From the IMG/VR virus record IMGVR_UViG_3300050132_000112, positions 9,356 through 73,355 of that record: DNA of 64,000 bases. One strand, given 5' to 3'. Every line of letters begins with the position of its first letter. The first letter of the stretch is position 1. The stretch is from a virus. The notes beneath the pieces were generated by a model. That model was not told the DNA's origin and searched no databases. It worked only from the letters and a program-made list of their open reading frames with translations. Positions 18,325 to 28,921 of this stretch are shown in pieces. Made by a program: the position numbers and the translations under genes.

Positions 18325-20745
18325 ATGGCAAACACCGACAATTTAGAATTTCATGATGGCGTTTTTCCATCCCCTATATTGGGTAATGATGTAATAAAAA
18401 CCCTTGCTTATGGTAAGGCAGTCGGTCGGGCAATATATAAAACAGCCATAGAAAGCGAGAATAGCTATTATGTTTCCCGCAATAACTCCTTTGCCGAAAC
18501 AAGAACATTTGCCAACGGTAAACAACCCTTTCAGACCTACCTTGACCTTTTAATGGTTGACGGCAAGTCTTCATTCTTAAACTTAGATTACCATCCACGC
18601 CCCGTAGCACCGAAGTTCAGGGATATTCTTATCAATACGATAATGAATAAAACAGAACGCATAGAGTGCTACTCGATGTCGCTCGAAACCCAACTAAAAA
18701 AGCGGAATAAGAAAGATGCAGCGGCTTTTCGCATGGCAAACAAGGATTTCATTAATGCAGCCCAACAACAAACGGGCATGCAAATGGAACAGCCTGATGC
18801 GTTCACTCCTGACAGCGAAGAAGAACTCAACCTATGGGCAGAACTGAACGACAAAGAACGGGAAGAACTGTTGATGGAAGAAGCCGTACAGTTTGTCAAC
18901 TATAACAATGACTTTGACAGCATCAAAAAGGATATTGTTTCCGACATTGTTGATGTGGGCATGGGATGGGGAAAGAACTACTTCGATAGTAAAGGACGCA
19001 TAAAAGAAAAGTCTATCCGTCCTGAAATGATGGTGTACGGAACAACAAATACTTATGACTTTCGCCACATGCCATACATGGCACACTTAGAAAGGATGAA
19101 GATTGTTGACTTCCGTGCCATGTGGCCTAAATACGATGAGGAAGTATTGTATGACCTTGCCTATTCAAGTCGCAATAAGAACGGCAATTCAGCTAATTTA
19201 AGTGATTACAGCAATGACTATGCTACCGCATTAAGCCGCCCTTACGATGGCTATCTGATAGATGTTTTATTTTATGAGTATCGGGTAACTAAATACATTG
19301 ACTACACCAAGGGAACCGACAGAAACGCTAATCCTGTTTTTGAGTTCAAACCCAATACAGGTAAAAAGGCTAACCCTAACAAAAAAGAATATAAAGCCAA
19401 CATTCCTACTATCTATTGTGGTGCATGGCCTGTTGGTGCTGACGATGTTGCTGAATGGCATGAAATGAGTAACCTGTTAAGGAGTAATGCTGATGTTGAA
19501 GAAGTATCTTACAGCTATTCAGGGTACATCATTAACAATAAAGATAACATGCTGCCTAAGTCCCCTATGGACAATATGAAATCATCTATTATTCAGATGG
19601 ATTTGGCTATTCTAAAGATGCAACAGCATTTAGCTATGGCAGCACCCGATGGCATGAACATCGATATTGACAGTATAACCGATATTGATTTAGGTTCAGG
19701 CGTTGGTAAGGTGGGTGCATTAAAGCTACGTGAGATACGATTACAAACTGGTGATACTTATTGGTCGTCAGCTAAAATGAGTGGGGAGAGAAACCAAATG
19801 CCACCAATACAGGATGCTATACACTCATTAGGCGATAAACTGCAACAATTCATTGGCGTTTATAACTTTGAGTTAGGCTGTATAAGAGATTACATTGGCG
19901 TAAACGAATTACGGGACGGCAGTAATACTCCTGATAGGTTAGGGTTGCAGGTTATGCAAACGCAGATACAAGCCTCTAATACCGCCACACAGCACATCTA
20001 TGACGCTTTTGTTAGCATCATGGGCAATATGGCTAAAAAGACCATTATCATGCTTTGGCAGGTCTTAAAGTTCGGCAATCCTAATTCTATGTACATGAAG
20101 ATATTAGGTGCGCAGAATATCGACTTTATCAAGGAAAAAGAGTTATTGACCGCCAACAATTATAGCACTATGGTTACGGTGGATATGTCAATGGATGATA
20201 AACAGTTCCTTGCACAGAACATCACTTTTGCCTTACAGCAAGGCACGATTGAATTACAGGATGCCATCTATGTACGTAAAGTGCCTGATTTAGATTTAGC
20301 TATGCGTTATTTGGCGTTCGTTCAAAAGAAACGTGCTAAGGAAAAGAATGATGCCGAATTACAAAAACAGCAACAAGGCATACAGCAACAGGGGCAGCAG
20401 GCTCAAACATTAATGCAGCAAAAATCCCAAGACCAACAAGCCGCCGACCAACTGGAATTACAAAAGGTACAGGCTAAATCGGAACTTGACCAAAAAAATA
20501 AAGTTCAGGATGCCATATTACAGGCTAACATCGTTCAAATGCAGACAGGTGCAGAAATACCGCCTTACATTCAAATGTTAATGGCGGCACAGATGAAAGA
20601 CATGCAAGAGCAACAATTGGAACACGAGCAGCAAATGGACGCACAGGAACAACAGATGAGGCAACAGCAGTCAAGTGGAATCCCTGACGATAGCGGACAA
20701 CCGCAGCCCCAAGAACAGCAACCCGAGGCTCAAGAGGCTGCATAA
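18325..20745 (+). CDS. Portal protein
   Basis: 806 aa after terL; PKFRDI, IRDYIGVNELRDG motifs and Q-rich tail as in crAss-like portals. Confidence 0.88.
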   Translation: MANTDNLEFHDGVFPSPILGNDVIKTLAYGKAVGRAIYKTAIESENSYYVSRNNSFAETRTFANGKQPFQTYLDLLMVDGKSSFLNLDYHPRPVAPKFRDILINTIMNKTERIECYSMSLETQLKKRNKKDAAAFRMANKDFINAAQQQTGMQMEQPDAFTPDSEEELNLWAELNDKEREELLMEEAVQFVNYNNDFDSIKKDIVSDIVDVGMGWGKNYFDSKGRIKEKSIRPEMMVYGTTNTYDFRHMPYMAHLERMKIVDFRAMWPKYDEEVLYDLAYSSRNKNGNSANLSDYSNDYATALSRPYDGYLIDVLFYEYRVTKYIDYTKGTDRNANPVFEFKPNTGKKANPNKKEYKANIPTIYCGAWPVGADDVAEWHEMSNLLRSNADVEEVSYSYSGYIINNKDNMLPKSPMDNMKSSIIQMDLAILKMQQHLAMAAPDGMNIDIDSITDIDLGSGVGKVGALKLREIRLQTGDTYWSSAKMSGERNQMPPIQDAIHSLGDKLQQFIGVYNFELGCIRDYIGVNELRDGSNTPDRLGLQVMQTQIQASNTATQHIYDAFVSIMGNMAKKTIIMLWQVLKFGNPNSMYMKILGAQNIDFIKEKELLTANNYSTMVTVDMSMDDKQFLAQNITFALQQGTIELQDAIYVRKVPDLDLAMRYLAFVQKKRAKEKNDAELQKQQQGIQQQGQQAQTLMQQKSQDQQAADQLELQKVQAKSELDQKNKVQDAILQANIVQMQTGAEIPPYIQMLMAAQMKDMQEQQLEHEQQMDAQEQQMRQQQSSGIPDDSGQPQPQEQQPEAQEAA

Positions 20746-20792
20746 AAATATTAGATAATTGTCTATACCTTTACGAAAAGACGAAACACTTT

Positions 20793-21896
20793 ATGATTAT
20801 TGAGAACGAAACTACAGAATTAGAAGAAAATGCTATTGAAAAGGTGGAAACCAATGATGGCAAATCTTACGACCCAATGGTGCTTGAATTTTACGGCAAA
20901 CCCGAAGAAAAGCCCGAAAATGAAGAAATTAGCGACAAAATAGAAGAAACGCCACCCGTTGAGGAAGTGCCACCCGTAGAGGAAAAGGTTGTCGAGGAAG
21001 TTAAAGAACCCGTAGTCGTTTCTAAATGGGAAGACAGCATTAGCGACCCTCACGCCCGTTGGATGGCTGATACGCTTGCTAAAGAGGGTGGAGAAGAAGA
21101 AATCTACAACGCTATAAAAGATAAGTACGCTTATAAAGAATATACCCCAGAGCAAAAGGTTATTGCTTATTTAGCCGCTGAAAATCCTGAATTAGATGAT
21201 AATGAATTGTTATTCATGGCAGCACAGGATTATGGTATTGGCATAGAAACCGACGACGAAGCGGAATTAACACCCGAAGAACAAAAGGCTATAAAGGCAC
21301 AAGGCATAGCACGTAAGAAAGCAGTATCACAAGCCGATAAATTCTTTTCAGAACGTGCTGCCGCTATTAAGTTACCTACATTGCCCGACCCATTGCAAAA
21401 TGACGAAGGCTATCAGGCATATAAGGCTAATTTAGCCCAACAAGAAGAAATTAAGGCACAACAGGCAGAAGACCAAAAAAACATCGATGCCGTGTTGACC
21501 GAAATGAATACTACTGCAAAAACGTTTGAAAAGGTTGACATCGACCTTAAATTGGATTTAGACGGTGGCGAGTTTGCCATTAAATCTGACTTTAAATTAG
21601 ATGCAAAGAAACAACAACAGTTAGCCGATTATGCGCTTCGCTATCAACCCTCACCGGATGAAGTGAAAGCGTTTACAGACACAAGTGGCAAGTTTGACAT
21701 GAAGGGTTACATGGCAGTTTTGGCTAAACAATGTTTTTCAGATCAAATCGTAAAAGCAGCAGTAAAACAAGCCCTATCGCAAGACCGGGAACGTTTCATA
21801 GAGAGTGACTTGTATAACAACAAACTCCGTAACAACGACATTAGTGAATCTACTGACCGTCCGTTGGAAATGTGGGAATTGGCGATGGGTAAATAA
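20793..21896 (+). CDS. Capsid scaffolding protein
   Basis: Acidic, coiled-coil, lies between portal and MCP. Confidence 0.7.
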   Translation: MIIENETTELEENAIEKVETNDGKSYDPMVLEFYGKPEEKPENEEISDKIEETPPVEEVPPVEEKVVEEVKEPVVVSKWEDSISDPHARWMADTLAKEGGEEEIYNAIKDKYAYKEYTPEQKVIAYLAAENPELDDNELLFMAAQDYGIGIETDDEAELTPEEQKAIKAQGIARKKAVSQADKFFSERAAAIKLPTLPDPLQNDEGYQAYKANLAQQEEIKAQQAEDQKNIDAVLTEMNTTAKTFEKVDIDLKLDLDGGEFAIKSDFKLDAKKQQQLADYALRYQPSPDEVKAFTDTSGKFDMKGYMAVLAKQCFSDQIVKAAVKQALSQDRERFIESDLYNNKLRNNDISESTDRPLEMWELAMGK

Positions 21897-21929
21897 CAAA
21901 AGTATTAACCCAACTTAATTTAAAAAAAC

Positions 21930-23288
21930 ATGGCAGTTCCTGCTTCTACTCCTTCACACGTGTACATGCCGAATGGCATTAACCGTCAATACTTAACTGA
22001 CTTATCTTTATTGGTGCCAAGGGCATACGATAAGTTCATTGAGATTTATCCAAAACTGGCTTCAAAGAATTACATTGTAATGCGTGAGGCTATGGGTGCT
22101 TTAAAGTACACCAAAAACAAACAGTTCTACCAATGGCAACCAATAGGCAAAAACGCTCCGTCATGGAAAGGTTCTGCTATTACAGGTGCAGCTAACGCCA
22201 ACGTAACAACTACCGTTCAGTCGCCTTATTACATCGATGGTGGAACATTATCACCGCCAGCACCGGGACATTACTACTTCAATGATACCAACGGTCAGTT
22301 GTATCAGGTAGTAAGCGTTAATACAACCTCTGCAAATGCACATACCGTTGTGTTGGCACAGGCATATACTGGTCAGGCTGCAGCAATTGCCGCTACCGAC
22401 TTATTGGTGTTCTACCCTACTGTTGTTGGTGAGAAATCAGGTTCACAATCTACTATCGCTCAAAACGATGTTAAAGTGACCAACTTTTGCGCCACTATCA
22501 AAACAACTAAAGAGTTCACTGATTGGGCAATGTTTGAAACTTTGGACATCCCTAACAGCCCTGCCGGTTTCGACCACATCAAACCACGTCAAATGTACAA
22601 TGAATACGATTTGTTCTTGGCGCAACAAGAGTTGTTAACCATGTTCGGTCAGCCTATCACCAATATCGCAGGTGTGCAAAATCAGCACACAGGTGTAGTT
22701 TGGAACGTTATCAATAACGGTAACGCTGATTTTACCTCAACCACTATTAACGGTGCATTCTTTGATAATCTGCGCAGGAATATTGATGCTTTCGGTTACT
22801 CTGATGAGTATGACTGGTTGATGAACATTGAGTTGCGTATCAAGGTTGAAAACTTCATGGCTTCGACTTACAATGCAGGTGCTATCGTTTACTTGGAGAA
22901 AGATGCGTTTAAAGGTGCAGGTGCGGTTATCAACCGTAACTTCAAGGCTTACAACGTTAATGGTATCAAGGTTAACTTTAAAACCTACGATTATTTCAGT
23001 TCAGCTAACATTTACGGTGGTGCACCGAATGCAGGCTACTGGAACAACGCAGGTTTGATGATACCTTTGGGTACAGGCATTGACCCTGAAAGCGGCGTAA
23101 ACGTGCCGAGGTTCTCTGTAAGGTGGCAAGCACCATCTGAACAAGACGCACCAATCAAGGTACGTCCTACAGGCGGTTGGGCACCTACACCTACTGATGA
23201 TATTGAGCACTTGCTTATATCTCACGTAGCTACTAAGGGTGTACAAATGTTCGGTCTTAACGGATATTTCTTCCAACAGTTACAATAA
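21930..23288 (+). CDS. Major capsid protein
   Basis: 452 aa, strong A-rich leader, highly biased codons, followed by a terminator. Confidence 0.85.
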   Translation: MAVPASTPSHVYMPNGINRQYLTDLSLLVPRAYDKFIEIYPKLASKNYIVMREAMGALKYTKNKQFYQWQPIGKNAPSWKGSAITGAANANVTTTVQSPYYIDGGTLSPPAPGHYYFNDTNGQLYQVVSVNTTSANAHTVVLAQAYTGQAAAIAATDLLVFYPTVVGEKSGSQSTIAQNDVKVTNFCATIKTTKEFTDWAMFETLDIPNSPAGFDHIKPRQMYNEYDLFLAQQELLTMFGQPITNIAGVQNQHTGVVWNVINNGNADFTSTTINGAFFDNLRRNIDAFGYSDEYDWLMNIELRIKVENFMASTYNAGAIVYLEKDAFKGAGAVINRNFKAYNVNGIKVNFKTYDYFSSANIYGGAPNAGYWNNAGLMIPLGTGIDPESGVNVPRFSVRWQAPSEQDAPIKVRPTGGWAPTPTDDIEHLLISHVATKGVQMFGLNGYFFQQLQ

Positions 23289-23296
23289 CAGGTAAA

Positions 23297-23336
23297 AAAA
23301 TGGGTGTGGCTTAATTGTTGCACCCATTTTATTTTT
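23297..23336 (+). terminator. Intrinsic terminator after MCP
   Basis: AAAATGGGTG...CACCCATTTT + T-run. Confidence 0.75.
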
Positions 23337-23357
23337 AACCCATAAAAACTTAAAGTC

Positions 23358-23777
23358 ATGGCAAACGAAACAGTACCAACAGGTACAGACCAAACACAAA
23401 TTACAGTTCCTGCGAATACGGTAGTAACACCGCCCGCTGAAACTCCAGATGCCCCTAAAGCATTTGACCCAGCTACTGACCAACCTACCAATGCTGAACA
23501 GCAAGGACAGGTAAATCAGTTTAAAGCTAATGCCGAGGAAAATGAACCTACGGAAGAACAAAAGGAAGAAGCCGAAAAAGAAGGCACCCACCCATTTAAC
23601 GCAGAATATCGTGATGGCAAATTAGTCGTAAAGATTAAATTAACCGAAGATATTTTGTTTTTAAATCCCGATTTGCGTAGTTTAGGCTATCGTGCAGGCG
23701 AGATAGTGGAGTTTAGCCCTATTGAAGCACCTGACGCTGAAACCGCACAAGAAGATGCCGTAGAAGACAAGAAATAA
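23358..23777 (+). CDS. Acidic hypothetical (head-associated?) protein
   Basis: Low-complexity E/T/P-rich ORF after MCP. Confidence 0.6.
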   Translation: MANETVPTGTDQTQITVPANTVVTPPAETPDAPKAFDPATDQPTNAEQQGQVNQFKANAEENEPTEEQKEEAEKEGTHPFNAEYRDGKLVVKIKLTEDILFLNPDLRSLGYRAGEIVEFSPIEAPDAETAQEDAVEDKK

Positions 23778-23792
23778 TCAAAAAACAACTAT

Positions 23793-24683
23793 ATGGAACA
23801 AGTATTAGAGAAAAGCCCGATTGCGATGAAGGGTAAAAAAGGTTTTCAAAAAAGGGAAGCCAAATCGCCTACTGATAGGGATTTTGGTATTACAATCGAC
23901 CCTACAAAAACCTATGTCTTTGAAACTATTAAAAAGAGCGATGCGCTGAGAACGCAGTCACTTGCAGGCGAATGTCAGATTTTCGATACCGTTGAAGACC
24001 GTATCAGAACCATACGCTACATCCCGCAAGCCGATAGCATTTTTAAAGATGAGCAAGACGAAGCCTACGAGGACTACCATGTTCAAACCCTTTATTTCAG
24101 CCGTGACCAATTGGTTATTAATGGTGCTGACAAAAGAGGTGTAGAGTATTGTATATCTCATGACCGTTATGAAGGCAATAAAAACCCGTTAAGCAAAAAA
24201 GGTGCTTTCTTTAAACTATTGGACAAAGAGCAATTTGAAAAAGTATTGGATGGTGTATTAACGAAAGAGGCATTAGCCTTTGACTTAGTTACCAAAACCG
24301 ATATTGAAGAATTGCGTCCTGTTGCCCGTATAGAATTTGGTATTTTAGATACTTCGGCAATCATTATCCGTAACAGGCTACGTGAAATGGCTAAACGCCC
24401 CGCCAAGGACGGCAAGAAAAGCGGCGCACAGGCTATTATAGACGGCGTGAGCAACCCGCAGATAGTTAGGCGATATAACTTACAGTTAGCAATAGATAAG
24501 GGCATACTGGCAATGGATTTACAACGTGCGCAATGCGTATGGGGTGATACCAAAGTTGCGGTATGTAATCTAAGCAACCTGAAAAGTTCAGAAACGCAAT
24601 TAAGCGAATTGGTAGCGTTTAGCTTTAACGGTCCTGAGGGTAAAGAATTTTACGAATTATTAAAAAACAAAATCTCTGTATAG
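23793..24683 (+). CDS. Conserved crAss-like post-capsid protein
   Basis: R.IRY...SIFKDEQ motif; synteny. Confidence 0.65.
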   Translation: MEQVLEKSPIAMKGKKGFQKREAKSPTDRDFGITIDPTKTYVFETIKKSDALRTQSLAGECQIFDTVEDRIRTIRYIPQADSIFKDEQDEAYEDYHVQTLYFSRDQLVINGADKRGVEYCISHDRYEGNKNPLSKKGAFFKLLDKEQFEKVLDGVLTKEALAFDLVTKTDIEELRPVARIEFGILDTSAIIIRNRLREMAKRPAKDGKKSGAQAIIDGVSNPQIVRRYNLQLAIDKGILAMDLQRAQCVWGDTKVAVCNLSNLKSSETQLSELVAFSFNGPEGKEFYELLKNKISV

Positions 24684-24704
24684 TTCTATCTTCATGTGTT
24701 TTGG

Positions 24705-24739
24705 AAATGCTGACCGTTGTGAAATGGACAGCATTTTTT
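24705..24739 (+). terminator. Intrinsic terminator
   Basis: AAATGCTG...CAGCATTTTTT. Confidence 0.7.
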
Positions 24740-24754
24740 GTTTACTTTTGGTTC

Positions 24755-25657
24755 ATGGTTAATATCGATGAACTCCACCAAATAACATTTGCCATATCCG
24801 CTAAATCACGGGCAGCATTTCCGTCGCCTGACGAGTGGAATAACTTTGCCAATTACGCCAATATTGACCTTTTCAATCAGTATAACGATATACGTAAAGC
24901 GGCTTTATTAAAGAACAAAGAGGGGCACACTCTTAATATGCCAAGTTCTTTAAAGGTATTTGTAGTTAATGAAGCACCGATAACTTTTACAACAGGGGTA
25001 GGGAATATACCCACCGACCAATCAACTAACCTACAACTAACCGTAAATGGCTATCCCGTTAAAAAGGTAGACTATAACAGGCGTGAAGCCTACTTGAAAA
25101 GCACTATTGATGCACCAACTTTAATAGCACCTATTTATTGTGAAACGGGCACATCGTTGCTCATTTATCCGACTACGATTACCAATGGGTTGTTAACCTA
25201 TTTAAAGACCCCTACAACGGTCAAATGGGCTTATGTGCTACGTTCAATCTTAACCATGAATACATTAGTCCCCGGCACAGGATATACCAATACAGGGGCT
25301 TATACGAACGTCCCTTTAATTGGTGGTACGGGTAGTGGCGCAACTGCCGACTTTGCTATTATTGGAGGCGTAGTTAGTTCGGTAAACATCAATCAGGGTG
25401 GTAAGGGATATACAGCAGGTGATTTGTTAACGGCATCTACCGCTAACTTAGGTGGTACAGGAAGCGGATTTACCATTAAAGTAGCTACCATAAGTGCTAA
25501 TAGACCCGTTTACGATAGTGTTAATTCGGTTAACAGCGAGTTTCAAAATGAGGAAAAAGTCAAGTTAGCTTCCCGAATATTAGCCTATATGGGTTTACAG
25601 GTTAGAGACCAACAAATAGAACAGGCGGCGTTATTAATGACTAAACAAGCATCATAA
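24755..25657 (+). CDS. Tail ring/adaptor protein with inserted Gly/Thr-rich domain
   Basis: SPDEWNNFA, LTYLKTP..VKWAY, ILAYMG motifs; start follows a TACTTTTG promoter. Confidence 0.7.
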   Translation: MVNIDELHQITFAISAKSRAAFPSPDEWNNFANYANIDLFNQYNDIRKAALLKNKEGHTLNMPSSLKVFVVNEAPITFTTGVGNIPTDQSTNLQLTVNGYPVKKVDYNRREAYLKSTIDAPTLIAPIYCETGTSLLIYPTTITNGLLTYLKTPTTVKWAYVLRSILTMNTLVPGTGYTNTGAYTNVPLIGGTGSGATADFAIIGGVVSSVNINQGGKGYTAGDLLTASTANLGGTGSGFTIKVATISANRPVYDSVNSVNSEFQNEEKVKLASRILAYMGLQVRDQQIEQAALLMTKQAS

Positions 25658-26280
25658 TGGCAATACAGACAAAACAAAGTTTAGTTGATGAAATAGTTTA
25701 CGAATTATACGACGGTATGCCTCCCGTTGAGCGCAGCCTATCCGACCAATTTATTTTACGGAAAGTCAATAACTACATTGCCGATGCCGCCATGAAAAGC
25801 GCATTTCAAAGTAGCAATATTGAAGGTGTAGTCTATGCTGATGATATTTTCCGTTTAACCTATACAACCCTTTCCCTACAAACTGATAACTTTTACCAAT
25901 TACAGTTTTGCACCTTACCTGCTTTGCCAGTTGGGTTACCACGACAAAGAGCATTTGAGGTGTTTTCCACAGGAACAGACCCCGGATTATTTAAAGTAAC
26001 AAGCAGGGGTAGTTACCAACGTATAAAGGCATTACCATCATTAAAAAAGGTGTTTTGCTTTGTAGAGAATGGTAAGATGTACTTTGACTTTAGCTTCGTT
26101 GACCCGTTGACGGTAGTAGCTACTGTAAACATGTCTATAATCACCTCTGGGGCACTTGATTTAACGGCGACTATAAACTTACCCGATGATATGATAACAG
26201 GACTTAAAGCGTCTATAATTACCGAATTACGTCAAACGATAGGTTTCCCCTTGCAACCTGAAACTTCACCCCAACATTAA
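25657..26280 (+). CDS. Tail ring/tubular protein
   Basis: Synteny and size as in crAss-like ring proteins. Confidence 0.6.
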   Translation: MAIQTKQSLVDEIVYELYDGMPPVERSLSDQFILRKVNNYIADAAMKSAFQSSNIEGVVYADDIFRLTYTTLSLQTDNFYQLQFCTLPALPVGLPRQRAFEVFSTGTDPGLFKVTSRGSYQRIKALPSLKKVFCFVENGKMYFDFSFVDPLTVVATVNMSIITSGALDLTATINLPDDMITGLKASIITELRQTIGFPLQPETSPQH

Positions 26281-26291
26281 TACTGACGATT

Positions 26292-27032
26292 ATGCTCGCA
26301 TTGGATGAAATCATAAATGGGTTCTTATCAGAACAAGACTTGCCTAACTCGCAATTTGACCGCATACAGTCCATAGCTATTCGAGGGTATAGGCAATTAC
26401 ACTATCATTCTATTGGCAGACCAAAGCAATGTGAGTTAGATGTACTACCTAACAAGACCTCCGTATTACCATGCGATCTGACTAACTTGTTAGATATTGG
26501 CGTACTTAACTTTAAGGGCGAATTAGTGTCGTTAACCTATGATGATAAATTAGGTCTATATGACAGTACTAATCCACAAAGAACAGCACAACCCATAGCC
26601 CCTGTTATATTAACCAACGAGGACTACCTATATACAAGCCCTATTGCTAATATTGACTATCCATTTTTCTTTATGAGGCAATATGGAACAGGCTCATCAA
26701 GCGACTTAGGGTTTTATAAGATAGATTGGAAAGAAAGAGTTATCATCTATAATTTCGGCTTTAACTATTCGGAAGTAACACTATCTTATCTACCAATAGC
26801 AGGTGATGATGGGGTTTACTATGTTGACCCATTATTTCAAGAAGCGTTAATAGGCTTTATTACATGGCGACACATGGTAGGGAGCAGAAAGTACACTACT
26901 AATGACAGGGAAGAAGCAAAAGCGTATTACGATAACCAATTAAGGATAGCCCGTAGAGCACAAAGCCCGTTAAACCCGTCTGAAATTTACAACCAGTTTA
27001 ACAGGTCAACAAGGTTAGCACCAAGGTCATAA
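26292..27032 (+). CDS. Tail ring/tubular protein
   Basis: AIRG..QL, LPCD, V.L.Y, EALI..I.W motifs. Confidence 0.65.
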   Translation: MLALDEIINGFLSEQDLPNSQFDRIQSIAIRGYRQLHYHSIGRPKQCELDVLPNKTSVLPCDLTNLLDIGVLNFKGELVSLTYDDKLGLYDSTNPQRTAQPIAPVILTNEDYLYTSPIANIDYPFFFMRQYGTGSSSDLGFYKIDWKERVIIYNFGFNYSEVTLSYLPIAGDDGVYYVDPLFQEALIGFITWRHMVGSRKYTTNDREEAKAYYDNQLRIARRAQSPLNPSEIYNQFNRSTRLAPRS

Positions 27033-27072
27033 AAACAATTAATAAGTTTCACTGTTACTAAAAATAAAAGCC

Positions 27073-27261
27073 ATGTTAGTATCCATCCTTTACTTACTGT
27101 TATATTTAGTTATCGCCGTAGTCATAATAGAAATCGTATTTTGGCTTTTAGCGTTGATAATCCCGACATTTATAGTTAGTTCAAGAATACGTGGACTACT
27201 GTACGCCTTAGTGTTTATCTTACTTTTGTTATGGCTATTGGGTCATTTAGGTATAGTATAA
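27073..27261 (+). CDS. Small two-TM membrane protein
   Basis: Two hydrophobic helices. Confidence 0.65.
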   Translation: MLVSILYLLLYLVIAVVIIEIVFWLLALIIPTFIVSSRIRGLLYALVFILLLLWLLGHLGIV

Positions 27262-27336
27262 AAGTCCCATTATAACTATTTTTTATGACCTACGTATTAA
27301 AATGTTTTGTAGTTTTGTGATAAGCGAAACACAAAC

Positions 27337-28802
27337 ATGAAAAAATACTATTTTATTTATTACAGTTGTTATCGGATTAATTGGCCGAAAAACTTTCCCG
27401 TAAACTCTAATCCCACCTACAATCAGGGCATAATCGACATTCATCCAATTAAATGGCAGTTGGAAACCAACAAGGAATACGACAAAGAAATGCCGTTAGG
27501 CGACGGTAAGTACTCTGAAAACTATAAGATTATTAGTTGGCAGGAATTATCAAAAAAAGAATACGATGAGTTTGAGGGATGGGTTGGTTAATATGGAAAA
27601 TCTTGAAATCGGCGATGTAATTTCAGAATATCGAGTTGGAAACATTATTTATCAAAAAACTTATATAGGTGGTAACAGTTGGGTAATAATACCCTTATTT
27701 TTAGAAATTGAACAATGGAAGAAAATCAAATCGTAAAATCGGGTGCAGATGTAGTTAAAATAGCCAAGACAGGCTTTATCCCAAAAACAGAACCTATAAA
27801 ACAGGTAGCAAGTTATCAACCTGCTTTAAAAGGTCACGTAATTGGCTTACAAGACAAGTTACAACAGTTAAACCATTTCAAGGCGGTTTCAGATGATAGC
27901 ACCGAAACAATGGTGTTATGCCAAATGACGGAAATTGTTAAAATGCAATTACACGCAGGTGCAAAGGCTTTATCGGTATAAGTATGACATGGGAAGAAAT
28001 AGAAATCGAACGTCTTAAAAAAAGAGATGCTCAGTTAAAAAGTGATTTTGTATTAAACAACATTGACTTTTTTATTGAGAATGTCTTGTTATTAGATATA
28101 CAATTACCATTATGAAGTGGTTAATTAACTTATTTGGCAATAAAAGAAAGGTATATGAGCAACGATATATTGTTAAAAATCCTATTTTGTCGGTTATGGG
28201 TATCTATTCAAAATCAGATATGCCATTGGCTTTCAAATTTATTGAAATGGACAAATTTGACGTGGCTATACATAATGAGGTACCGAGAACATGTTGCTAT
28301 ACCTTGGGATTGAATACTATTTATTTCTTTTCAGATTTCAATATCACAAAAGTAATTGTTAACGAGGTTTCCGAGGAGCAAATGAAAGTTGAAATAGAAC
28401 ATTATGAAAAATCACATTTACTATATCTAAAACAAAAATACCCCAATATTTAAAACGCTTCCAATGAAAAAGACTAAATCAGTATTCGATGTTAGGGCAC
28501 TTAGTAATCAAATCGCACAACTTGCATTTAATGATTTGAACGGTAAACCAATTGACCCACTATCTCCCGAAATGTTAAAAGAGTATGCTAATGCTACGGG
28601 TAATTACTATCCAACGCATGACATGATAGAAAACCAAAACAAAATATTTGAGGCATTATATCCATTAACTCCAGAGGAATGTTATCCGATTAGCCAAGAG
28701 GGTATTATAGCACAAGTTGAAATGAATGGTGGTACAGTACCCTATAATAGTTCAAACAACGTAAGTTTTGATGAAGCAGTAAAGAGATTAAAGAATAGGT
28801 AG
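27337..28802 (+). other. Accessory cluster of small hypothetical genes (27337-27591, 27715-27981, 28112-28453, 28464-28802 and smaller) inside the tail operon
   Basis: Own TAGTTTTG promoter near 27309; AT-rich short ORFs. Confidence 0.6.
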
Positions 28803-28876
28803 GTTCGATACCTACAAAGCTGTGAGTAAGGTTCCCTGCAAAGGCTATGTTCACATAGTACCGTAAGACAGCAATT

Positions 28877-28903
28877 AGCCTTGTAGAAATACAGGGCTTT
28901 TTT
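28877..28903 (+). terminator. Intrinsic terminator
   Basis: AGCCTTGTA-GAAA-TACAGGGCT + T-run. Confidence 0.8.
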
Positions 28904-28921
28904 ATGCTATTTTTGGTTCAA

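Noticed and set aside
28760-28825. tRNA gene suggested by GGTTCGA
   Set aside because: Only a T-arm is present; no D-arm, anticodon arm or 7-bp acceptor stem.
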